From the NCBI GenBank assembly GCA_049515535.1, contig JBEKTZ010000011.1, positions 113,426 through 133,425 of the forward strand: 20,000 nt of DNA. Reading direction: 5' to 3'. Shown piece by piece: positions 8,399 to 15,753 of the stretch. Source of the DNA: Candidatus Aminicenantales bacterium. GTDB lineage: Bacteria; Acidobacteriota; Aminicenantia; Aminicenantales; UBA4085. The notes below the pieces were generated by a model. It was not told the origin of the DNA. It saw only the letters and a list, made by a program, of their open reading frames with translations, and did no database searches. The position numbers and the translations under genes are program-made. Each line of letters starts with the position of its first letter. The first letter of the stretch is position 1.

Positions 8399-9940
8399 AT
8401 GAAATCTCCTCGTCGAAAAACCGCTTCTTTGGCCTTCCTCGCCATCTTGCTCGGCGCGCTGGCCGCTCGTCCGGCGCAACAGCCCGCGCCTGTCACGATC
8501 GGTCCCGGTGATTCACTGAAGGAAATCGTTCGCAAAGCGGCCGGCGTCGTCCCCTCGCCCCGCCAGATCGCCTGGCAGGAAATCGAGTTCGCCGGGTTCA
8601 TTCATTTCGGCATGAACACGTTCACCAACCGCGAGTGGGGTGAAGGCAAAGAGGATCCGAAGCTCTTCAATCCCACGGACTTCGACGCCCGCCAATGGGT
8701 GGCAGCCTTCAAAGCCGCCGGCATGAAGATGCTGATCCTGACCGCCAAACACCATGACGGCTTCTGCCTCTGGCCCAGCCGATACACCGAGCACTCGGTC
8801 AAGAACAGCCCGTGGCGGGGCGGCAAGGGCGACGTCGTGCGCGAGGTGGCCGATGCCTGCCGCGAGGCCGGCTTGAAACTGGGAATCTATCTTTCGCCGT
8901 GGGACCGGCACGAGCCCACTTATGGCGATTCGCCGGCCTATAACGAACATTTCAAGAACCAGCTGCGCGAGCTGCTGACGAACTACGGCGACGTGGCGGA
9001 CTTTTGGTTCGACGGCGCGTGCGGCGAAGGCCCCAACGGCAAGCGCCAGGTCTATGACTGGCCGGGTTACTGGGCCGTCATCCGCGAGCTGCAGCCCCGG
9101 GCGACCATCTCGATCATGGGCCCGGATGCGCGCTGGTGCGGCAACGAGGCAGGCGTCACGAGAGAGAGCGAATGGAGTGTCGTCCCCCTCCTCAAGCCGA
9201 TCGAAGAGGCCGTATCCGACAGCGCCGGCGGGATCGATTATCAGAAAAAGGACCTCGGCTCGCGGCAGGCCCTTCTCGAAGCGGCGAAGAAAGGCGCTCG
9301 GCTGGCCTGGTATCCCGCCCAGGTCGACACATCCATCCGGCCCGGCTGGTTTTATCACGCCGCCGAGGACGACAAGGTCAAATCCCTCGCCCACCTGCTC
9401 GATATTTATTACGGAGCGATCGGCGGAAACAGCACGCTGCTGCTCAACGTCCCCCCCGATCCGCGGGGCCGCCTCCATGACAACGACGTCCGGAGGCTCA
9501 AGCAGATCGGGGACGCGCTGAGGACGACCTTCGCGGACAATCTGGCCAAGGGCGCGAAGGCGACAGCGACGCAAACGAAGAGCCGCGGCGCGTTCGGGGC
9601 GGCCCATATCACGGACGCCGACGGGGACAGCTATTGGACCACGGACGACGGCGTAACGGCGGCCGCGATTGAATTCGATCTCGGGAGCGCCAAGATTTTC
9701 AACGTGGCGATGCTCCAGGAGCAGATCAAGGTCGGGCAGCGGATCGAGGAGTTATATCTCGACGCCTGGACGGGAAGCGTGTGGAAAGAGATCGCCCGCT
9801 CAACGACCGTCGGCTTCAAGCGGCTGCTGCGTTTTCCCGAAGTCGCGGCGGCGAAGGTCCGGGTTCGGATCACCCAGTCGCGGGTCTGTCCGACGCTATC
9901 GAATTTCGGCCTATTCCGCGCCTCAGACGTTTCCAATTAA
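8399..9940 (+). CDS. Alpha-L-fucosidase, GH29, with C-terminal F5/8-type C (CBM32-like) domain; secreted
   Basis: HFGMNTF, TAKHHDGFCLW, GIYLSPWDR, WFDGA (nucleophile Asp), SIRPGWFYH and LLNVPPD motifs. Signal peptide MKSPRRKTASLAFLAILLGALAA starts 7 nt after the amidase stop. Confidence 0.92.
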   Translation: MKSPRRKTASLAFLAILLGALAARPAQQPAPVTIGPGDSLKEIVRKAAGVVPSPRQIAWQEIEFAGFIHFGMNTFTNREWGEGKEDPKLFNPTDFDARQWVAAFKAAGMKMLILTAKHHDGFCLWPSRYTEHSVKNSPWRGGKGDVVREVADACREAGLKLGIYLSPWDRHEPTYGDSPAYNEHFKNQLRELLTNYGDVADFWFDGACGEGPNGKRQVYDWPGYWAVIRELQPRATISIMGPDARWCGNEAGVTRESEWSVVPLLKPIEEAVSDSAGGIDYQKKDLGSRQALLEAAKKGARLAWYPAQVDTSIRPGWFYHAAEDDKVKSLAHLLDIYYGAIGGNSTLLLNVPPDPRGRLHDNDVRRLKQIGDALRTTFADNLAKGAKATATQTKSRGAFGAAHITDADGDSYWTTDDGVTAAAIEFDLGSAKIFNVAMLQEQIKVGQRIEELYLDAWTGSVWKEIARSTTVGFKRLLRFPEVAAAKVRVRITQSRVCPTLSNFGLFRASDVSN

Positions 9941-9949
9941 TTTCGGCAA

Positions 9950-10018
9950 TTTCGGTGACAGTCAACTCAACCCCGAAATTCAAAAGAGGAATTTAGGTTG
10001 AGTTGTCTGTCACCGAAA
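9950..10018. repeat. Long inverted repeat (23-bp arms, 1 mismatch); REP-like element and probable terminator
   Basis: TTTCGGTGACAGTCAACTCAACC (9950-9972) pairs with GGTTGAGTTGTCTGTCACCGAAA (9996-10018). Inner AAATTC/GAATTT adds further pairing. Confidence 0.85.
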
Positions 10019-10026
10019 CTACGGAT

Positions 10027-10056
10027 TTGACAGGACCGGAACGGAGAGGGTAAACT
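10027..10056 (+). promoter_or_regulatory. Sigma70-type promoter for the five-gene envelope operon
   Basis: TTGACA (10027-10032), 18 nt, TAAACT (10051-10056). Confidence 0.65.
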
Positions 10057-10103
10057 ATTCATCCTAGAGGAATAGTATATTTTCGCTCGTTAAAGGAAAA
10101 AGC

Positions 10104-10592
10104 ATGAAGTTCAATCTTTTGATATATGCGGCGCTGGGAAGCGCCCTCGTGATCGGCCTGGCGGCCCCCCCGATATCGGCCGAGGCGCCAGCCGGCCGTC
10201 TTTCCCTCCTTGGCGGCGACCAAGCGACATCCGGGAGCCCTGAAATCGTCTACAAGCCGATGCCAAAGACCGGGAAAAAATACGATCTCGGCGATGGAAA
10301 CTATGCCGTCTATGACTTCAGCGAGAAGCCCAAGATGGGCACGGTCATCCTGAAGGTCCAGGTCTTCGACAAGAAAGGCGTCCAGATCGCCCCTTATGTC
10401 CTCAAAGGCAGGTCCGATATGCCCTCGATGCGGGGCGCCCACGATTCCGGCGACGTGGACTTCAAACTGAACAAGAAAAACGACTATCTTCTGCCGGTCA
10501 ACATCGTCATGCCCGGAGACTGGGAAGTGCGGGTGACGTTCCTCAAAGACGGAAAGCCGGTTTTCTACGGCAGCATCACCTTTGATGTCTAA
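10104..10592 (+). CDS. Secreted YtkA/FixH-like Ig-fold protein
   Basis: Signal peptide ending ...PPISAEA. PKMGTVILKVQV, DMPSMRGAH and PVNIVMPGDWEVRV resemble the YtkA/FixH MPxM..H and M-x-G-x-W patterns. RBS AAAGGA. Confidence 0.7.
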   Translation: MKFNLLIYAALGSALVIGLAAPPISAEAPAGRLSLLGGDQATSGSPEIVYKPMPKTGKKYDLGDGNYAVYDFSEKPKMGTVILKVQVFDKKGVQIAPYVLKGRSDMPSMRGAHDSGDVDFKLNKKNDYLLPVNIVMPGDWEVRVTFLKDGKPVFYGSITFDV

Positions 10593-11574
10593 AAAAAAGC
10601 TCTTCGGGGCTCTGCTGGTCATAGCGGCATCCGCCCCTCATCTCTCCGCCCAGAGTTATCTCTTTTATCTCGAAGCCCAGGGGATCGCCGGATATTCCTC
10701 CGCCGCGAAAAAAGCCGTCTTCTATTCGATGAATCTCATGGAGACAATGCAAAAACCGGGCCTCGGATTCGACTACGTCCAGCGTTTTTCGGGAGACGCC
10801 GGCGATATCGCCGTCCTGGCCGTCCAGGGGCGGTTGGCGGTCAATGCCGAAGGGGACAAGACATTCGAGCCCCAGCTCTACAACGCCTATCTGAAGTTCA
10901 AGACGCGAGCTGGGGATATCTGGATCGGCCACAACCGCCCAAAGTTCGGCCTCTCCTCGTATTTCGACAGTCACGCCCAGCTCCTCCAGCCCCTGGCCAT
11001 GAACGGCTTCGGTTTCGACCGCGACTGGGGCGTCGGCATCGAGCGCGACACGACCTGGGGAAATGCCGGCCTGTCTCTGACCACGGGATCGGGCATGCCG
11101 CTCTATTTCAAGGGCAATTATTTTCTGGCGGCGCGAGTCTCCAAGGGGATCCTCAACCGGGAGAACTACAACATCGGCCTTTCGGCCGGATATGGAAAGC
11201 TCCTCGATGTCATGGGCTATCACCTGATGTCGGACGTGCCGATGGAATCCGCGCTGGCCGCTCTTGACGCGGCTTGGCTCTGGAACAACGTGGAAAATCG
11301 AATCGAACTTATCGGCGGAAAAAAAGGCGGGCAAGGCGCGTATGCCCTGTTTTGGCGCTCCGGACTTAACCTGCTTGAGGAAGGCCGGCTGAAGCTCGAA
11401 GTCCAGCCCGTCGTGTTCAGGACCATGGGCACGACCAAGGTCCAGTTCTCGGCCGGCGCGACCTATCTGGCCCATCCTGATTGGACGTTTCGGGCGATGT
11501 ATATGTATGATCGCGAGATGAAGGATTCTCGCATTATCTTCCAGGTCTATTACTACAAAGGAATACGGTTTTAA
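10585..11574 (+). CDS. Hypothetical outer-membrane beta-barrel / porin-like protein
   Basis: Signal peptide ending ...APHLSA-Q. Alternating aromatic beta-strand pattern. YNAYLKF...IWIGHNRPKFGL and DRDWGV recall porin-type motifs. Ends QVYYYKGIRF (terminal Phe). ATG overlaps the upstream stop by 8 nt. Confidence 0.65.
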   Translation: MSKKKLFGALLVIAASAPHLSAQSYLFYLEAQGIAGYSSAAKKAVFYSMNLMETMQKPGLGFDYVQRFSGDAGDIAVLAVQGRLAVNAEGDKTFEPQLYNAYLKFKTRAGDIWIGHNRPKFGLSSYFDSHAQLLQPLAMNGFGFDRDWGVGIERDTTWGNAGLSLTTGSGMPLYFKGNYFLAARVSKGILNRENYNIGLSAGYGKLLDVMGYHLMSDVPMESALAALDAAWLWNNVENRIELIGGKKGGQGAYALFWRSGLNLLEEGRLKLEVQPVVFRTMGTTKVQFSAGATYLAHPDWTFRAMYMYDREMKDSRIIFQVYYYKGIRF

Positions 11575-11575
11575 C

Positions 11576-12202
11576 ATGAAAAATTTTTTGGCCGTGATTC
11601 TTATCCTCATGATCGCCGGCGCGCCCCTGCTCGCCGCGGTGGGCTGCGACCTCAACGATCCGGACCGCGATGTCAAGCGTCTCTTTCCCGAGTCCACGGG
11701 GTACAAAACGCTTTACGTCTCGATTGCCCAGAAAGGCGGCGCTGCGCTGCTGCGGCGGATCGAGGAGCGCCTCGGCGATAAGTTCAAGGGGCTCTTCGAA
11801 ACCGCCGACGTCCCTTATACGATGTACCAGATCCTCAAGGGGAAGGAGATCATCGGCTATATCCACGGCGTCAACCAGAAAGGTCAATATGGAGGCGTCC
11901 AGGTCGTCCTGGCCCTCGACCTCGAAGGCAACATCCGGGGCTTCTACTTTCAGAAGATGACCGGCCAGTACGCCAAGCTCCTCCGCGACCCGGAATTCGG
12001 AAAGCAGTTCATAGGGCTCAACTTGAAGGATTTTCAGGATTACGACGTCGTGTCCGGCCAGGCCAAGCCCGGAAGCCGCGTCGCGGCCATCAAGAACCCG
12101 GCGTCCCAGGCGGGTTCCGATTTCCGCGCCGCCCTCCGCGGGACGAAAAAGAATTTGATCCTCTGCGACGAATTTCTGCTCGGCAATAAATACGCGAAAT
12201 GA
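11576..12202 (+). CDS. Exported FMN_bind (RnfG/NqrC)-like domain protein, possible lipoprotein
   Basis: Signal peptide with LLAAVG-C. VKRLFPES, IIGYIHGVNQKGQYGGVQVVLALDLEGNIRG and FGKQFIG match the RnfG-like fold pattern. The canonical [ST]GA[ST] site is absent. Confidence 0.6.
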   Translation: MKNFLAVILILMIAGAPLLAAVGCDLNDPDRDVKRLFPESTGYKTLYVSIAQKGGAALLRRIEERLGDKFKGLFETADVPYTMYQILKGKEIIGYIHGVNQKGQYGGVQVVLALDLEGNIRGFYFQKMTGQYAKLLRDPEFGKQFIGLNLKDFQDYDVVSGQAKPGSRVAAIKNPASQAGSDFRAALRGTKKNLILCDEFLLGNKYAK

Positions 12203-12268
12203 ACCGGCCCAAGAAACTCAAAAGAACGAGCGAGCTTCTCATCTCGAAAGCGCGCCCCGAGGCGCGAG

Positions 12269-12360
12269 GGGATCGCCCGAAGGCGAGCCTAGAGGAGGGG
12301 GGTCCCGCCTTGCGGGGGGAACCGACGGGACTGGTTCCCCAGCGAGCCTTGGGCGATCCC
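12269..12360. repeat. Structured GC-rich palindromic element inside the operon
   Basis: Perfect IR GGGATCGCCC (12269-12278) / GGGCGATCCC (12351-12360), extended by AAGGC/GCCTT. Inner GGGGAACC (12316-12323) / GGTTCCCC (12333-12340). Confidence 0.7.
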
Positions 12361-12386
12361 TGAGAGCGCATTAAGTAGGAGTGAAA

Positions 12387-13586
12387 ATGGCTAAAAAGAT
12401 CAACATCTATCAAGTGGCTTATAAAAATCTGCTCCGCAAGAAAACGCGGACCGCGCTGACCATTTTGGGCATCGGACTTTCAGCCTGGGTGCTCATCAGC
12501 CTGCTTGGGTTCAACCGGGGCTACGAGTCGGCATTGAACAAAGACATCGACAACATGGGCTTCCAGGTCCTCGTGACCGCCAAGGGCTGCCCGTACGAGG
12601 CCGCGACGCTCATGCTCAAGGGCGGGACCGGCCTTCGCTACATGAAAGAGTCCATCCTCGCCGATATCCTCAAACATAAGGAAGTGGAGAGGCTCACGCC
12701 CCAGCTGATGGCCGCGGTCTTCGACCCGAACAAAGGCGAAAACGGGGGCATTAACGCCTACCTCGGCGTCGAGCCGACCACGTTTCCGGCGATGAAGTCC
12801 TACCTGAAGTTCAAGCAGGGGGGCTGGTTCACCGATCCGACGGCATTGGAAGCCGTGGTCGGTTACGAGGCGGCCGAGCTCGAACAGCGCGAGGTCGGAG
12901 ACAAAATGCTCATCCCGGAGAAAAACATCGAGTTCAAGGTCGTCGGGATCCTGGCCCGGTCCGGGACCGCGGACGACGGGACGATCTTCATGCCCCTCAA
13001 AACCGTGCAGAAGATCTTCGACAAGGAGGGCCTGATCACGGCCGCCGGCATCAAAGTCAACAAAGACGCCAATATGACCGAGCTCGAAAACAAGCTCTAC
13101 GACCTGCCCGACGTCCAGGTCGTGTCCATGGCCCAGGTCAAGAGCACGATCATGAGCCTTGTCTCGACGGCCAAGGTCATGGTCTTCTCGATCGCCCTGA
13201 TCGCCATCCTCATCGCCATGCTGGGCGTCATCAACACGATCCTGATGTCGGTCCTCGAGCGGTACCAGGAGATCGGCATCATCAAGAGCATGGGCGCCAT
13301 GCCCTGGGATGTGTTCCGGATGATCTGGACCGAAACGGTCATTCTCTGCCTCCTCGGCGGCGTGATCGGCATCGGTATCGCCTTCGCCCTGTCCAAGATC
13401 ACCGATATCCTGATCCGGCGCCTCCTCCCTTACACGCCGACCGGAAGCCTGATCAGCATCGACTCGCGGCTCGGTTTCATCACCCTCGGCGTCGTCCTGG
13501 GCATCGGGCTCTTGAGCGGAATTTATCCGGCCTGGCGGGCCGCCCGGGTCAGGCCGCTCGAATCCATCCGGAGCGAAGGAGACTGA
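12387..13586 (+). CDS. MacB/FtsX-family ABC transporter permease
   Basis: KNLLRKKTRTALTILGI, a large periplasmic loop, NTILMSVLERYQEIGIIKSMGA, and GIYPAWRAARVRPLESIR. RBS AGGAG at 12377-12381 favours ATG 12387. Confidence 0.92.
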   Translation: MAKKINIYQVAYKNLLRKKTRTALTILGIGLSAWVLISLLGFNRGYESALNKDIDNMGFQVLVTAKGCPYEAATLMLKGGTGLRYMKESILADILKHKEVERLTPQLMAAVFDPNKGENGGINAYLGVEPTTFPAMKSYLKFKQGGWFTDPTALEAVVGYEAAELEQREVGDKMLIPEKNIEFKVVGILARSGTADDGTIFMPLKTVQKIFDKEGLITAAGIKVNKDANMTELENKLYDLPDVQVVSMAQVKSTIMSLVSTAKVMVFSIALIAILIAMLGVINTILMSVLERYQEIGIIKSMGAMPWDVFRMIWTETVILCLLGGVIGIGIAFALSKITDILIRRLLPYTPTGSLISIDSRLGFITLGVVLGIGLLSGIYPAWRAARVRPLESIRSEGD

Positions 13587-13587
13587 C

Positions 13588-14283
13588 ATGGCGCCCGACA
13601 CCAACGCCCTCGAAGCCCTTCATCTGACGAAAATCTACAAGCGCGGGGCCGAGGAGATCCTGGCCGTCGACGATGTCTCCCTGACCGTCCGCAAAGGCGA
13701 ATTCGTATCGTTCATCGGCCCGTCAGGGTCCGGAAAGACGACCCTGATCAATATCCTCGGCTGCCTGGACAACGCCACCTCGGGTCAGCTCAAGATCAGC
13801 GGCAAAACGGTATTTTCAGAGAGCACGTGCCTGTCGGAAACCGAACTGACGAAGATCCGGCGCCGGGTCTTCGGCTACATTTTCCAGAAATTCTATCTCG
13901 TCCCGACGCTGACCGTCTACGAAAACGTCCTTCTCCCGTTCGCTTTCTTCCAAAAGGCCGAAGCAAGTGCGGACCCCATGGAGATCCTGCGATTCCTGGG
14001 AATCGACAAAAGGACGAGTCACCGGCCTTCCGAGCTTTCGGGCGGCGAGATGCAGCGCGTGGCCATCGCCCGGGCGCTCGTCAACAAGCCGGAGATCCTC
14101 CTGGCCGACGAGCCGACGGGAAACCTCGATTCGAAACGGAGCGGGGAGATCGGAGGTATTCTGAAAAGACTCAACGAAAAGGAAGGCCTCACCGTGCTTC
14201 TCGTCACGCACAACCCGGCGCTGGCAAAAGTCGCCGGCCGGACGATCACACTCCGGGACGGGAAGATCGCTCAGGCCGCTTAA
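13588..14283 (+). CDS. ABC transporter ATP-binding protein (LolD/MacB-type)
   Basis: Walker A GPSGSGKT, signature LSGGEMQRVAIARAL, Walker B ILLADEPTGNLD, H-loop VTH. Confidence 0.95.
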   Translation: MAPDTNALEALHLTKIYKRGAEEILAVDDVSLTVRKGEFVSFIGPSGSGKTTLINILGCLDNATSGQLKISGKTVFSESTCLSETELTKIRRRVFGYIFQKFYLVPTLTVYENVLLPFAFFQKAEASADPMEILRFLGIDKRTSHRPSELSGGEMQRVAIARALVNKPEILLADEPTGNLDSKRSGEIGGILKRLNEKEGLTVLLVTHNPALAKVAGRTITLRDGKIAQAA

Positions 14284-14299
14284 AACGCTGTCCTTTCCC

Positions 14300-14329
14300 T
14301 TGACTTGCCTCCGGCGCGTTCCCTACAAT
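14300..14329 (+). promoter_or_regulatory. Sigma70-type promoter for the TrpB2-like gene
   Basis: TTGACT (14300-14305), 18 nt, TACAAT (14324-14329). Confidence 0.6.
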
Positions 14330-14418
14330 AGGGACTCAAGGCCGCAGCGGCCTCTTTCGTCCGTGAATGATATTCTCGCCGTGGCGGATCCTTGAACGCT
14401 CTATACGGGAGGTCATCC

Positions 14419-15711
14419 ATGAGAGACATGGTCAATCTGAGACACGACGAAGTCCCGTCCCGTTGGTACAACATCATCCCCGACCTGCCGGTGCCGCTTC
14501 CGCCGCCGCTCGATCCCGACTACGGGCCGTCGCGGATCGGGAACCTGCCCAACCTGATGATCGGCGAATGCCTGAAGCAGGAATTCTCGCTCGAGAACTG
14601 GATCGATGTCCCGGGCGGGGTCATGGATCTGTTCGCCAAGGCCGGACGGCCGCGGCCGCTATTCCGGGCCTCGAATCTGGAAAAAAGGCTCGACACGCCG
14701 GCCCGGCTCTACTACAAGAGCGAGTTTTTCAGCCCGACGGGGAGCCACAAGGTCAACACGGCCCTGGCCCAGTGCTGGTACGCCAAGCAGCAGGGCTTTA
14801 AGAGGGTCACCACCGAAACGGGGGCCGGACAATGGGGCACCGCTCTGGCCTATGCCGCCGCCGTGACCGGTCTCAAGTGCACGGTCTACTGGGTCCGGAG
14901 CGTCTATAATTGGAAGAAGGACCGCCTCTCATTCATGAATCTTCTCGGAGCGGAAGTCTACGCTTCGCCCAGCCCCATGACCGACGTGGGGAGGTCGCTC
15001 TATGACAAGAATCCCAACCACGTGGGCTCGCTGGGCATCGCCATCTCCGAGGGGCTCGAGGATTCTCAAAAAGATCCCACGGCAACCTACAGCCTGGGCT
15101 CGGTCCTCAACCACGTCCTCATGCATCAGACAGTCATCGGCCTCGAATCCCAGAAGCAGTTCGAACTCTTCGGCGACTATCCCGATGTCGTCGTCTCCTG
15201 CCTCGGCGGCGGATCCAACTTCGGCGGATTCGCGCTCCCCTTTATGGGCGACGTCCTGAAGAAGGGCAAAAAGATCAAATTCATCGCCGCCCAGAGCCAG
15301 GTGGCCCCCAATCTCCAGGGCACATATCAATATGATTTCGCCGACTACGCCGAAATGACGCCCCTCCTGAAAATGTACACGCTGGGCCACAAGTCCGACA
15401 TGGAACCGATCAAGGGCGACGGGCTTCGCTACCACGGCTGTTCGCCCATCATCAGCCTGCTCCGCAACGAAGGCTACATCGAAACGGTCGCCTATCCGAA
15501 GGACGAAAAGCACGTCTTCGAGAACGCCCGCATGTTCATGGAGACCGAGGGCTGGCTGCCGGCGCCGGAATCGGCCTATTCGATCTGCGCCGCCATCGAC
15601 GAGGCGCTCAAATGCCGGGAATCGGGCGAAAAAAAGACCATCGCCTTCAACATCAGCGGCCACGGTTTCCTGGATATTCCCGGCTACCGAGCCGTCCTGG
15701 GCGTGGAATAA
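14419..15711 (+). CDS. trpB2: TrpB2-type (TrpB-like) pyridoxal-phosphate enzyme
   Basis: WYNIIPDLP, SPTGSHKVNTA (PLP Lys), TTETGAGQWG, GSVLNHV, GGGSNF, GLRYHG, PAPESAY and NISGHG motifs. RBS GGGAGG precedes ATG 14419. Confidence 0.9.
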   Translation: MRDMVNLRHDEVPSRWYNIIPDLPVPLPPPLDPDYGPSRIGNLPNLMIGECLKQEFSLENWIDVPGGVMDLFAKAGRPRPLFRASNLEKRLDTPARLYYKSEFFSPTGSHKVNTALAQCWYAKQQGFKRVTTETGAGQWGTALAYAAAVTGLKCTVYWVRSVYNWKKDRLSFMNLLGAEVYASPSPMTDVGRSLYDKNPNHVGSLGIAISEGLEDSQKDPTATYSLGSVLNHVLMHQTVIGLESQKQFELFGDYPDVVVSCLGGGSNFGGFALPFMGDVLKKGKKIKFIAAQSQVAPNLQGTYQYDFADYAEMTPLLKMYTLGHKSDMEPIKGDGLRYHGCSPIISLLRNEGYIETVAYPKDEKHVFENARMFMETEGWLPAPESAYSICAAIDEALKCRESGEKKTIAFNISGHGFLDIPGYRAVLGVE

Positions 15712-15753
15712 TCGATCGCGATGACGTAAGAGCGGGCCGAATCCGTCGTCTCG

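Noticed and set aside
10591..10598. A8 tract at the start of the porin-like gene as a phase-variation switch
   Set aside because: The frame is intact and the tract simply encodes signal-peptide lysines. There is no evidence of length variation.
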